A DNA stretch of 64,000 nucleotides from the NCBI RefSeq assembly GCF_009914755.1, contig NC_060937.1, one strand, 5' to 3'. This DNA comes from the human T2T-CHM13v2.0 reference genome, Homo sapiens. Positions 12,130 through 26,950 of the stretch are shown piece by piece. The notes beneath the pieces are model-generated. The model made no database searches, was not told the origin of the DNA, and was given only the letters and a program-made list of their open reading frames with translations. Both the position numbers and the translations under genes were made by a program. Each line of letters starts with the position of its first letter. Within the stretch, counting starts at the first letter, position 1.

Positions 12130-15100
12130 TGGAGACCCTATGTCAATGTGTTTGTTCTCCCAAGATTTCTTGCTGCGTTAATTCAGTCGATATGTCTTTT
12201 ATATCACATCTATAGATTCTCATTCTCAACCTCTCTCTCCTCCTGTTGCAATATATTTGTTAAAGAAATCGGGCTGCTTGTTCTGTAGAGCTTCCTACAT
12301 TCTTCCTGTATTCTGGATTTTGCTGCTTCCATCCCCATGTCTTTAATGCTTTCTACTATCTCGTATATTTCTTGCAAGGTGGAAATTGGATCCAGAGTCT
12401 TATTCAGGTTCAAGGTTATATTAAGAATACCTTATAGACAATGTTGCGTACTTCCCTTTCCATCTTCAGGAGGCATATGTTGTGTGGTTTTCTTTGTGGT
12501 ATTGAGATCGATCAGTGGATCTGAGCATGGTCAGCCTGATTCATTCATCATAAAGTTCATGGAATGGTTTTAGCTATGGGTATTTCATTAGGGTTTGCAA
12601 AATATCGATATTCTAATTCTATCATCTCTTTTCTATTTACTGGCTGGAATTCTTTTGTAATTAAAAACTTTCACTCAACAAGCATTTGGTCACTCTTAGG
12701 TAAAACACGGGCAGGAAAAACTATCCATGTTCGCATTTTTCACTTTACAGGTTTTCAGAATGAGTTGGTTCCCTAGCATTCTTCAAAGGTGGCCACCAAT
12801 GTTGTACTGTTTGCTTTTAGTGTAATTATGAATGCATGAATTTTAATATATTTAATATGTTTTAATTCATTATAGTTACTCTTGTTTTTGACATTCAAAT
12901 TATTTCATCTTTGGCAAGTGTAACGGCCTACAAGTTGGTTACTAAATTCTCTTAACATAACCCCAGTAACCTTGAATAACTTCCTTGCTTTCCACAAAAA
13001 CAAAATGTTTTAGAGTCTAGACTCATATTGGACCTTTTCTGAGTATAATCTGAAATCAATTATTTCCCAAATCATCCTGTCTTCTTTTACTGCCAAATGA
13101 TATTTGGAGATCACAGCCTGGTTATTAGAAGTGGTCAGTGTTACCGGACTGGTCATCATTCCTCGGCATTTCCAATAGACAGAAGTAGAGAATGTATTTA
13201 AATGTGTTTATTTAAATACATCCAATTCAAATTTACGATTTAGTGGTGTTATCTTCTTTTATTTTATATTTAATCTTATTTCTCTTATGCCAAAAACTTT
13301 GCTTCCTAAATATAATAGCTTTGCAATGACAAATGCAATGCCATTACTTTTGAAATGACTGCTAAGAATAGTTTAAAATTTCCTTGTAATTCCTTTTGAC
13401 CACAGGATATAGTCCAACTGTAGACGTACTGTCAAATGAGAATGTTTTATTGTCACTTGAAATATTCTTTTCTGAGATTAAGTCAACAACTTACTATAGA
13501 GTTTTGTTTTTTTAGGGACTGATTTTTTATTTTAATTTTGCTTTATAATTAATTTAAATGTGTATATATCATTTCAAGGACAAATCTATAAAACAAGGTA
13601 TATTCAGGAAAGTATTGGTTCTGTCCTTTTCCCCCTACTTTGTTCCTGTTGTCCACCACAGGTGATCATTTAAAAATAATTTTTGGTTTGTCATCTCATT
13701 AAAAAAATGGAAATTTTTACTTTGTACTTTTTAAATAAAAAGTAGCACACTATGTATACTATTTGCACCTTGTTTTTTTCCACTTATTAATATATCCTGG
13801 AGGTCACTCCATAGCAGTATTTAGAGTTATTCCTCATTGTTTATAGCTTTAACATACTCCATTTTGTAGATTTACCCTAGGTAATTTAAATAGTCCCATT
13901 TGATGGACATTTAGGTTGTTTTCAGTGATTTCTTATTACAATAACACGGCAATAAATAGCCTTCGGCATTTGCATTTTTGCCAGTGTATCCCAGGAGTCA
14001 GGTTTTAGAAGCTGAATTATCTTCCATCAGATTTTTACCATTTTGCATTCCAACCTTCAACATACAAGCGTGCCTATTTTCACTTAGCCTTGCTAAGAGA
14101 CTGCACTGTCACACTCTCAAATTTTTGCCAATCCAAAGATGAGGATTGTATGTCATTGTATCTTTAATTTGCATCTCTTATTGTGAATGAAATCAAGCAC
14201 CTTTTTTGAGTTGTTTACATTTTTCCCAATAAACTATAGCATTTGTGGTAATTGTATTTATTTTTAGAAGTTCATTGAATTTGGGGAATATTTTGTGATA
14301 TCACTTTGTGATACAAGTATTTCATTCTATTATGATTGAGTTTTTTACTTTGCTCTTTTGGTGTTTTCACCATACAAAAGAGTGAAAAAACCAATTATCT
14401 ATGTTTTTCCTTTGTTGCCTCTAGATATTGAATTTGTAAAGCTTTTCTCATTCTAGGTAACATAGTAATATGTTCTCTTCTAGAACTCATATAACTTATG
14501 ATTACATTTAAATCTTTGATTGATTTTAAGTTAATCTTGGCATGTGGTATGAGAAATGGACACAATTTTATTCTTTTTCATAGAGCTATCCAGTTATCTT
14601 AGCACTCCCTGATATAATGTTCATTATTCCTCATAGATTGGAGATTTCACCTCTATCATACAGCAAATTTTTATATGCAACTGAATTTACTTCTGAATTT
14701 TCTCTTCTGTTCTGTTTGTTTATCCATGTGCTAATACCATGTTCTTCTATTGTCAGTCTTAGATGTTTCAGTATTTAGTAGAGTTAGATCTTCTTCATTG
14801 TTCTTTTTGTTGTTTTCCATTATTATTATTGCCTGTTTGTCTTGTCAAATAAAATTTATAATTAATTTGTCTAGATTCAGAAAAAATAACTTACGTTTTA
14901 AAAATTGGGGTGACATTAAGTTTATAAATTAACCCAGAAAGAATTCACATTTTATAAGGCTGAATTTTTCTATCCAAGTAGATGTTCTATCTTTTTATTT
15001 GTCCAATTCTCCTTGTGTATCTTCAATAGTGTTAAAACTTTCATCTCATAGGTCTTATCATTCTGCTTTGGTTTTGCTGAGCTTCTCAAATCTCTGGCTT

Positions 15101-15790
15101 GATGTTTCCCACCATTTTAGAAAACTCTTCACTGTTGTCTCTTAAAATATGACTTCTCCCCATTTTCCTCTTTCCCTTCTGGGATTCTGATTATGTCAAG
15201 GTCAGGCTCTTTTGTAATGTCCCACATGCTTTTAAAACTCCTTTTTACTTTCCACTATTTTTCTTTTTCCATGCTTCAATTTGGGATTTTTTAATTGACC
15301 TGTCCTTGAGTATCTTCTCCTCTCTCCCACTGTGTATAAATTGCTATTACACTCATTCATTGAGGGCACAATTCCAGTTATTGTTTTTTTTAGCTTTTCA
15401 GTTCAAGAATATTTATTCTTTTTGAAAGACTTCAATTCTCTGTGAAATTGTTTATTTTTGAAATCTATTTTCACCTTATTTAACTCTTAATCATACTAAT
15501 CATAGCTGAAAAGTCTTTGTCTACTAATTTCAATATCTGGATCAACTGTGAGACTTTCTGTTGTTAGTTTTTCCTCAGGTTTTCATCATATGGTTCCATC
15601 TAATAATTTTATTTAATGTGGGACTTGGCTAATAACACTTTTTAGAACTTCCAGATGATGCTAATCTTCCTCCAGAGAGATTTCATCCTTCCCTCTGCTT
15701 GGCAGATAGAATGTCTTATTCCAAGGATGCACTGACATCATTAGAAGCTGAGTTGCAGGTTTAAGGAGACTCTGTTTATCCCTGGGTTAA
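12130..15790 (-). mobile_element. Ancient L1M (L1MC/L1ME-type) fragments
   Basis: T-rich strand with L1M motifs: gatggacatttaggttgttttcag, tttttgccaatc...cattgtatctttaatttgcatctct, gctatccagttatcttagcac, tctctggcttgatgtttcccaccattttagaaaactc. Confidence 0.75.
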
Positions 15791-15811
15791 CTTCTTCCTA
15801 AGGAATAGCCC

Positions 15812-16481
15812 TATATTATTTTTCTGGTGTTCCAGTAACAAATTATTGCAAACTTAGTAGCTTAAAACACAAAATTACTATAAGTACATCAGAAGTCTGA
15901 TATGGGTTTCACTGGGCTAAGATCAAGCTATAGCAGGGTCATCTTCTTTTCAGGGGATGCTAGGGAAGAATAAGTATTTGGTGTTTGTTTCAGTCACATG
16001 CCAGCATAGAATGCCTAGTTACATTTGAATTTCATGTGAACAATAAATCATTTTTAAATTTTATGTCCTAAATATTGCATGAATTATACTTATAAGAAAA
16101 ATAATTTATTATCTATCTGAGATTCAAAGTTAACTGGGCCTTGTCATCCTTGTTTTTTCTAGCCTCTAGAGGCTGTCTACATTCCTTGGCTCATGGCCCC
16201 TTCTTCCATCCTATAGGAAGTGATGGCATCCTCAGGGCCTCTCTTTCTCCACCTCTCCAGTGACATCATATTTTTCTACTTTTGATACTCCCACCTCTCT
16301 TGTATAAGGACCCTAGTGATTAGATTGGTCCACCCAGATAATCCAGGATAATCTCTCCATTTAAAAATGCTTAATTCAATCACATCTTTTAAGTCCCTTT
16401 TGCCAGATGAGGTGACATATGCAAAGGTTCTGGAGATTAGAGTGTGCAGACATCTTTGGAGGTCACTATCTTGCCCACCAC
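15812..16481 (-). mobile_element. MLT1D-like MaLR LTR (contains a MER53 fragment)
   Basis: cagaagtctgatatgggtttcactgggctaagatcaag...ctagaggctgtctacattccttggctcatggcccc...ataatccaggataatctctccattt...cccaccaca. Confidence 0.85.
16003..16146. mobile_element. MER53 (hAT MITE), copy 1, lacking termini
   Basis: cctagttacatttgaatttc...tgtcctaaatattgcatg...tctgagattcaaagttaactggg, palindromic MER53 body. Confidence 0.75.
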
Positions 16482-16493
16482 AAGTCCACCAAG

Positions 16494-16678
16494 TAGGGTG
16501 GCCAGATTTAATAAATAAAAGCACAGAATGCCCAGTTAAATCTGAATTTCAGATAAACGATGGACAATTTTAAATTTTATGTCCAAACTATTGCATGAGT
16601 CATACTTAGAAATTGTTTATTGTCTATTTAAGATTCAGATTTAACTGGGCCTTGTCCTATATTTTCTTTGGCGACACT
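16494..16678. mobile_element. MER53 (hAT MITE), copy 2, near full length
   Basis: Termini agggtggccaga / ttggcgacact; inverted arms gcccagttaaatctgaat / attcagatttaactgggc. Confidence 0.85.
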
Positions 16679-16689
16679 TCTTCCAAAGC

Positions 16690-17230
16690 CTACCATGGGA
16701 TCCCAATGTCCTCCCTTTAGAACTCTTCCTTATGGCTGATCCTGAGCTCTAATCCTGGTCTTCTAAGAATGGAAAGATTACCAAAAACTCAAATATGCTT
16801 TTCAGAAACATCTTGCTTATTTCTTAAACTTCAGGTAGATATCTTGAAGGGAAACCCATTACTGTGCTAGGCTCAGTTCTCTGATCTGCTCTTCTCACCA
16901 GGAGCTTAGTGCAATAAGTCGCTAATTGTATGCTTTCAGCCCCACATAACAGCCACAGTCTCTGCTGGTTTCTTTTCTCCCCAGCAGTGTCCCTCTGCCC
17001 AGACAAAGCGCAGATTTTTGGCTTCTTTTCCTAAACCCAGAACCAGCAACTATTCCCAGGAAGAAAGTGGCTGAAGACTCTCAGCTCAGTATCCACTGCT
17101 CCTCTTCTCTTAGGAGCGACGAAGCCCCCAGTCCTGGTAGTTTCGGCAACTCTCTGATGCCCTTCAGTAGGGTTTTCATTACAGGCAGGAGTAGTGTTTG
17201 GCTGCAAACTCCTTACAGCCAAGGACTTCT
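16690..17230 (-). mobile_element. Possible ancient L1M 5'-region fragments
   Basis: Weak resemblance (ttcccaggaagaaagtggctg, ggcaactctctgatgcc) to L1M 5' ends; continues the 12-15.8 kb L1M block. Confidence 0.4.
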
Positions 17231-18274
17231 GACAGCAAACCCAGGGCTTTTCCCAGGATTGTCACAGCTGTGAGGTAGTTGGTGGGCGGCAGGAGCGCAG
17301 GTGCAAAGGGTGGAGGTGGTGTGGTGACAGCAGAGTGGAGAAGGTGTGGCCGGTCACATTTGTAGCTGGCTGGGACTCAGATCTTGGCAGCAATATCTGA
17401 CCTGGGAACAAGACAAGCAGGCCCCTCTGAACAATAGGCAGTTGGCAATGGCTGTTTCCTGCACACCTACCTTTCCTTTTTGGTTACTGTATTGAAACTC
17501 ACTCTGAGGCCATCTGAAACTGCGCAAGGGCTGGAGATTTGTCCTGAGCACAAACAAATTAATGTAATAATTTTTAAACTTTTGCCCACCTTTACTCAGC
17601 CATCTCTATCAGTAAATTCACACTCACTGCTTCTTCACTTGTCCTGGTGATCCTGCTCCTGGCTGTGAGTCAGACAGGGATATTAGTGGGAATGGGGATG
17701 GTCATATATCCAAGGACAAAGGCAGGCAGGCTTCAATCTGGGGGCTCCTTGGTCATTTTTTGTGCCACTTACTTTGCACCTTGGGCATATTTTATTGCTG
17801 TCAGGACCAGGCTTCCATCCCTCAGATTTCAAAAGCTCTCATTTCTCTCCTCTTCACCAGAAGCGTCCGCTCAGGGGATCCTGAGCTAATTTGCACTGAT
17901 GACAGTGGAAAGCAGGCAAATTCATGTAGAGGACTTTATCTCTCTGTGGGCATGTTTCCTCTGTTTTAGACTTTAAAAAGCCCTGAGCTCAAAGCCTGAA
18001 GCCTTGTCCAACTCAAATTGCCTTCTCTGAGGTGAGAAGATTTTTGCAGGGTGGGAGAAAGGGGGACTTTTTTTTCCCTATCCTGAAATGTCAAAGTGCC
18101 ATTACCTATTCATAAAGGGACGATCAGAACAAAGGCAAATTTTAAATCAAGAAACTATTTAAAAGGAAGCAAAGGGACCATGCATTTCTCAGGCAAGATG
18201 GATATTCTAGGACAACCCTGAGTTGATATCATGGGTTAGAAAAAAATTAAATGTTCTTTTAAACATGATTTCAT

Positions 18275-18790
18275 GCAGAGAAAAAGGAGCTCTTAAACAC
18301 TGTTGATAGGAATGTAAACTAGTACAGCCACTATGGCAAGCAGTATGAAGGGTCCTCAAAAAACTACAAATACAATTACTATTCAATCCAACAATCCCAC
18401 TACTGGGAATCTATCCAAAAGAAAGGAAATGATTATATCAAAGAGGCGTCTGCATCTCCATGTTTCTTGCAGCACTATTCATAATAGCCAAGAAATGAAA
18501 TCAACGTAGGTGTCCAACACCAGATGAAGGGGTAAAGAAAATGTGGCCTATATACACAATGAAATATTATTCAGCCATAGAAAGAATGAAATCCTGTCAT
18601 TCGTGGCAGCATGGATGGAACCAGAGGACTTCATGTTAGATGAAATAAGCCAGGAACAGAAAGTTAAATACTGCATGTGCTCACTCATATGTGAAAGATT
18701 AAAAAAAGGTTGATCTTGTAGAAGTAAAAAGTGGAACAGAGGATACTGGAGGCTGGGAAGAGAAGAGGAAAGGGAAGAATAGGAAAAAAA
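18275..18790 (+). mobile_element. L1MA 3' fragment
   Basis: acactgttgataggaatgtaaactagtacagccactatgg...caatcccactactgggaatctatccaaaagaaaggaaat...gaaataagccaggaacagaaag. Confidence 0.9.
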
Positions 18791-18809
18791 AATGACTTCA
18801 TACAGCAAG

Positions 18810-19419
<610 letters not shown>

Positions 19420-19841
19420 GTGATTTCACATGCAAAGAAGGTGTTGAAAAGCAAAGGGAGGTGGGACAATAAAAGGTTATGCTTATGACTATTATAAAAC
19501 CAAATAGAAATAGTAATATTGCACACAGATTTACAGAGTGTGTCAGGAAATCATCTTTATCTAGAAGTAGCACAGTGGAAATGGAGCATTGCAACTGGGG
19601 AGAGCAATGTCATAGAGCCCAGCAGCACCAACAAGTCCTCGCTCACTTAAGAATAGCCGTGAGAAGCTTTCAGTGAAAGAAAATGTATATAACTCACAGT
19701 TTTTAAAGAGCTAGGCTGGGAGCCAAAAAATATTCTTGGATTCTCTTCTTTCAGTATCTTAACATTAACTTAATGGAATGAACTATTCTACTCAGCTGTT
19801 TGAAATGGGAAGTCTATCTCTAAAAGCAACCATTTTATTAA

Positions 19842-20127
19842 TTTTTTTTTTTTTTTGAGACGGAGTCTCACTCTGTTTCCCAGGTTGGAGTGCAGTGGTG
19901 CAGTCTCCGCTCACTGCAACCTCTTCTTCTGGGGTTCAAGTGATTCTCGTGCCTCAGCCTCTTGAGTTGCTGGGACTACAGGCACATGGCACCACACCCG
20001 GCTAATTTTTTGTATTTTTAGTAGAGATAAGGTTTCAGCATGTTGGCCAGGCTGGATTCAAAGTCCTGAACTCAGGTGATCCACCCACTTAGGCCTCCCA
20101 AAGTGCTGGGATTACAGGCATGAGTCA
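19842..20127 (-). mobile_element. AluS
   Basis: poly-T then gagacggagtctcactctg...aagtgctgggattacaggcatgagtca. Confidence 0.95.
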
Positions 20128-20174
20128 TGATTTTTTAAAAAATAAGACATTCAATTATTCGCTTTTTTCAGTCA

Positions 20175-20640
20175 TTTTTATGCAAAATTTCAAACTTCAC
20201 ACACAAAAGTGGAGAGAACAGTATAATAAGCCCTTATGTGCTCATCACCCAGTGTCATTGGTCATCAAGGCTCACAAAGCTTGTTTCAAATGTTCCCTCC
20301 ACCCACTCACTTTTTCCCCTAGAATATTGTAAAGCAACTCCCGGATATCAGAAACAGCTTATGCATTGTTGCTGTAAATATTTATGGAGCACCTACTTGC
20401 AACACACTCTTTTAGGAAGTGAGCATACAGAGTCAGATGTAGTTGCTGCTGTAAAGGAAAAACTTAAATGTAAACATGATCACCCCAGTTCAGAACACAA
20501 AGTCATAAATACTGTGGTAGAGACACAAATAAAATGCTATTGGAAATCAGAGTATGGGTGGAGAATTTCAGCTAGGACATCCAAGAGAAAATTTTGTGAT
20601 GGAGGTGGCATCTGACTCAGACTATAAATGATGACCAGAG
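20175..20640 (-). mobile_element. L1M 3' fragment followed by L2 fragment
   Basis: aaaatttcaaac..acacaaaagtggagagaacagtataataagccc (L1M); aaatatttatggagcacctacttg (L2). Confidence 0.6.
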
Positions 20641-20865
20641 GGGAAGAGCTGGCCACGTCCCCTTGCCTGTGTCCAACCCTCTTACTTCAGACATACACAT
20701 GGGCACAGGGCATTGCAGAAGAAAGCTATTTCTTCAAAAAACGAATTCACCATCATGGGCCAAATATCAGAGGCAACTTCAGCCTTATTTGGTGAGAAAG
20801 AAAGCAAAGAAGGTGAAGTTTTCTATGACCTTAACAGAAAGGGGACTCAGAAATTAAATGATGAT

Positions 20866-22122
20866 TTTTTTATTTTTATTTTTATTTTTTTTATTATACT
20901 CTAAGTTTTAGGGTACATGTGCACATTGTGCAGGTTAGTTACATATGTATACATGTGCCATGCTGGTGCGCTGCACCCACTAACGTGTCATCTAGCATTA
21001 GGTATATCTCCCAATGCTATCCCTCCCCCCTCCCCCGACCCCACCACAGTCCCCAGAGTGTGATATTCCCCTTCCTGTGTCCATGTGATCTCATTGTTCA
21101 ATTCCCACCTATGAGTGAGAATATGCAGTGTTTGGTTTTTTGTTCTTGCGATAGTTTACTGAGAATGATGGTTTCCAATTTCATCCATGTCCCTACAAAG
21201 GACATGAACTCATCATTTTTTATGGCTGCATAGTATTCCATGGTGTATATGTGCCACATTTTCTTAATCCAGTCTATCATTGTTGGACATTTGGGTTGGT
21301 TCCAAGTCTTTGCTATTGTGAATAGTGCCGCAATAAACATACGTGTGCATGTGTCTTTATAGCAGCATGATTTATAGTCCTTTGGGTATATACCCAGTAA
21401 TGGGATGGCTGGGTCAAATGGTATTTCTAGTTCTAGATCCCTGAGGAATCGCCACACTGACTTCCACAATGGTTGAACTAGTTTACAGTCCCACCAACAG
21501 TGTAAAAGTGTTCCTATTTCTCCACATCCTCTCCAGCACCTGTTGTTTCCTGACTTTTTAATGATTGTCATTCTAACTGGTGTGAGATGATATCTCATAG
21601 TGGTTTTGATTTGCATTTCTCTGATGGCCAGTGATGATGAGCATTTCTTCATGTGTTTTTTGGCTGCATAAATGTCTTCTTTTGAGAAGTGTCTGTTCAT
21701 GTCCTTCGCCCACTTTTTGATGGGGTTGTTTGTTTTTTTCTTGTAAATTTGTTTGAGTTCATTGTAGATTCTGGATATTAGCCCTTTGTCAGATGAGTAG
21801 GTTGCGAAAATTTTCTCCCATGTTGTAGGTTGCCTGTTCACTCTGATGGTAGTTTCTTTTGCTGTGAAGAAGCTCTTGAGTTTAATTAGATCCCATTTGT
21901 CAATTTTGTCTTTTGTTGCCATTGCTTTTGGTGTTTTGGACATGAAGTCCTTGCCCACGCCTATGTCCTGAATGGTATTGCCTAGGTTTTCTTCTAGGGT
22001 TTTTATGGTTTTAGGTCTAACGTTTAAATCTTTAATCCATCTTGAATTGATTTTTGTATAAGGTGCAAGGAAGGGATCCAGTTTCAGCTTTCTACATATG
22101 GCTAGCCAGTTTTCCCAGCACC
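20866..22122 (-). mobile_element. L1HS pre-Ta, 5'-truncated (~1.26 kb) with TSD
   Basis: Minus strand reads gatgacACGttagtggg and aaaacttaGagtataat; ORF 21098-21958 is the ORF2p C-terminus ([14 protein letters not shown], ...SLIGGN); TSD taaatgatgat(t/g)tttt at 20855 and 22123. Confidence 0.95.
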
Positions 22123-22429
22123 TAAATGATGATGTTTTAAAAAAATAAAGGTAATTATAGTTCTTGCACCCCTGAGTTTGAGATATTCACTGTGAGTATT
22201 TGAAGATATTGGGGAGAGAATAGATAATTATAGAATTAAGTTTTGCCTTGGAGGTAGCAAAATGCCAAAATGAAGTGTATAGTGTCAGAATAAACCTTAG
22301 AAATGAGGAGAGCCACTTCTTCAGGACATCTATGCTGAGCTATAAAGAAAACCTAGGGATAAGAAAGGAGGAAATGCTTATTATAGTAGCTTGATTTTTC
22401 TCAGTGAAGTGGAAGCAAGATAACATGTC

Positions 22430-22745
22430 AAGCATTGGGAATGGGATTTAATTGGAAGTGAAGGAATCCACAAGCTATGATGACTTCACACTCCAGGTTC
22501 TTCCCTACAGTTTCCAGCCAATGAGCAGTGAGGTGAGACCACATGGAGAATTCTGACCAGTGAAATGTGCGTATAAATGCCTTGTGTTTCCTCCCTGATG
22601 AGGGGTAACACATCATTGAGAGCTGCGGGGTCATCTTCCTCTCTCTCTTCCTGAAACAGCAACCCTGGAGATATGGACTTTTCTTCTAACCCACTGACAT
22701 TTTGTGATCTATCTGCTAGTGCAGCAAAACATAGGTTATCCTTCC
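22430..22745 (+). mobile_element. Old MLT1 (MaLR) LTR fragment
   Basis: gaccacatggagaattctgaccagtgaaatgtg...cccactgacattttgtgatctatctgctagtgcagcaaaacataggttatcct. Confidence 0.55.
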
Positions 22746-23609
22746 TGGAGCCATACTCTGTGTCCAGCTGAAGGTAGACAGCTTAAATTTGTAGCTAACC
22801 AGACCTAGCAAGCACCTGTGTTTCCCTCTAGTATGTCTGCTGGATCTCAGCAATTAGATAAAACTCTAAGAACAGCAACCATGTCTCACACCCCCCTCAT
22901 AGGACCTAACATAGTGTTGAACAAAGATTCATTCAATGTGAAATAGGTTTGAAGAAAGCCTCCGTGGTTGACCGTTTGGAATTCTCATGCTTCATAACGA
23001 GCAGAAAAGAAATCTTAGACGCTTCAGTTAGAAAAATAAGGCGGTGGTCTAAAGAGATAGCTCTGGGAAGAGTGTTTGAATTTTCAGGGTCATGATGTTC
23101 ATTGTGTTCAATAACAATGAAACGATTGAGCAGAATAAGTTCCCACAGGCAAGGCTTTGGTTTAAGTATCAGATCTGGGGCCAGGGCACCAACTCAGACA
23201 CCATGCCGATTTAAAAATTATACTTACTGCTCGATTGTTCCCCAAAATATTTTTGATCAACTATACAATTTCAAAACAACTGTAGATGTGAGTCCTGGAT
23301 ATAGTACAGTCTCAGGGAATGTTTCAAAAATAACACAATCATTATAGAATCAAGACGTTTTAGAGATGATCTTAAGGTATCATAAACTTTTGTTCTTAGA
23401 AAAATAAGGCAATCCCTGCCAACAGCAGTAATGTTAGGTCAGCAGGTTCCCATCTGAAGTGCCTACAAAACTCTGCGGAAAGAACACAGAGGAAATATAA
23501 GTAACTGTAAGAAATCATGATAGAGAATAGAATTTCATAATGCTTTCATAGACTCAGCAGTTTAGTACTTAAAAGAGTGAACTAGAATAAACCCATAATT
23601 TCTTATGGA

Positions 23610-23870
23610 AGATAATAATTATAATTAACATCTATAATAGTATTTTGTAATGAAAAGTATTTTCCTGTATATCATGCCTTTTATTTCTTACAACAAATGT
23701 CTAGAGTCAGTAATATTATTAGTTCTATTTTCAGTAAAACAAACAAAAGGCCACAGACACTGTTCACTTTCAATTATGGGAACATTGGAAGAAATTAAGC
23801 CTAAATGTGGGTGCTTCACTGAGCCCCTTTGGTTGCTTATGTCGGAGCTGGGTATAACTCTAACTATAGA
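23610..23870 (-). mobile_element. MIR
   Basis: atgccttttatttcttacaacaaatg...ctattttcagtaaaacaaacaaaaggccacagac. Confidence 0.5.
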
Positions 23871-24315
23871 ATGCTCAGTTGGACTAGAGGGAACCCTCTT
23901 GCCATCTCTCCTCAGTAGGCTGTCTGCCTGTCCAGTCTATTGGGTGTGATCCATGCAGCACACTTGCCCATGGCCAGGATAACAGGTGACACCTCCTGCC
24001 CTCCCATGGATGATAGACACACTGCTTCCTAAATGCATCTGGCATTGCTTCTGTTTTTCAAGTGAAGTTCTGAACAAACAAGGAGATATTTGCTCATGGC
24101 GCAGGCTTGACTCAACGGAGTAGAAACTCTAAGTGCCTTTGAACTCATTATAGAAGTTTTAAGCAGTTTTATGCTTTCTAGGAGGTGGCACCTTAAAACT
24201 ACCTTTGATGCCCATTGTCTTTTTGTTCTAAAAAAAAAGACTCTTGAGTAGGCTCCTTAGCGAAGCAAATGGAACTCTCAGGGGAAGGTCTGGATGTGAT
24301 GAATTAGAAGTCAGC

Positions 24316-25156
24316 CACCCCTGCCTTTTTTTGTTTTCCATTTGCTTGGTAGATCTTCCTCCATCCCTTTATTTTGAGCCTATGTGTGTCTCTGCATGTG
24401 AGATGGGTCTCCTGAACACAGCACACTGATGGGTCTTGACTCTATTCAATTTGCCAGTCTGTGTCTTTTAATTGGAGCAATTAGCCCATTTACATTTAAG
24501 GTTAATATTGTTATGTGTGATTTGATCCTGTCATTATGATGTTAGCTGGTTATTTTGCTCATTAGTTGATGCAGTTTCTTCCTAGCATCAATGGTCTTTA
24601 CAATTTGGCATGTTTTTGCAGTGGCTGGTACCGGTTGCTCCTTTCCATGTTTAGTGCTTCCTTCAGGATCTCTTGTAGGGCAGGCCTGGTGGAGACAAAA
24701 TCTCTCAGCATTTGCTTGTCTGTAAAGGATTTTATGTCTCCTTCACTTATGAAGCTTAGTTTGGCTGGATATGAAATTCTGATACCCTTTCTTCCAGTTG
24801 ATCAAATCGGCTACTGAAGCTTGTGCATTCAATCACGTAGTACTCGTGCCATGGTTTTCAGCTCCATCAGGTCATTTAAGGACTTCTCTACACTGGTTAT
24901 TCTAGTTAGCCATTCGTCTAATCTTTTTTCAAGGTTTTAGCCTTTTTGCAATGGGTTTGAGCTTCCTCCTTTAGCTCAGAGAAGTTTGATCGTCTGAAGC
25001 CTTCTTCTCTCAACTCATCAAAGTCATTCTACGTCCAGCTTTGTTCCTTTGCTGGCGAGGAGCTGTGTTCCTTTGGAGGGGGAGAGGCGCTCTGATTTTT
25101 AGAATTTTCAGCTTTTCTGCTCTGTTTTTTTCCCATCTTTGTGGTTTTATCTACCT
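24316..25156 (-). mobile_element. L1PA inverted segment (ORF1 start to ORF2 endonuclease start, internal ORF1 deletion)
   Basis: Minus strand runs from aggtagataaaaccacaaagatggg (ORF1 start) to caaaaaaaggcagggg (ORF2 QKKAG); deletion junction at ~24781. Confidence 0.93.
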
Positions 25157-26153
<997 letters not shown>

Positions 26154-26641
26154 GTCAGCAGATGTGTGTTGCATCTTATGTCTCTTGCAACAACAGAAAT
26201 TTTCGAAGTTTGAACTAAATTGTACAAACTAATTAGTTTATTGTAGTAACCATGCACTGTTCTATTGCTGGTGTTCCTAGTTTTGCGGCTTCTTTCTTGA
26301 GCACTTGTTTGCAGGAAAAGCAGAACTATGATGAAGACATGAGCCAAGCATTCAGGCCATGATAACAGAGAGGTTGGAGAGGAGTCAGTCAGAGTTCTGT
26401 GTGGTTCATCGTGGATTGGATTGTTGCTCTCTCACATAGAGTGTTGCTTAAAATTGAATCTAGGCTTTGATAAATCTAATGAAATGGAGCTATTGTGGAA
26501 TTTCCTTGGAGACTTACATTTGGGTCACACCTGTGGAAAGGGTGGGATGTTTCCTGAAGGAATGAATATTTACAGAGTCAATCATCCTGGAGAAGATATC
26601 CTAGGCAAATGAGGAAGTTGGCCTTAGAATGCATCAATGAG

Positions 26642-26950
<309 letters not shown>

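Noticed and set aside
21098-21958. 286-aa ORF as a gene (likewise ORFs at 25343, 39207, 40166 and 42324-44343)
   Set aside because: These are LINE-1 ORF2p remnants in truncated elements lacking a promoter, not host genes.
24770-24795. ORF1 deletion as a spliced L1 RNA
   Set aside because: Against the recalled consensus the junction does not fit GT-AG boundaries; 3-nt CAG microhomology explains it better.
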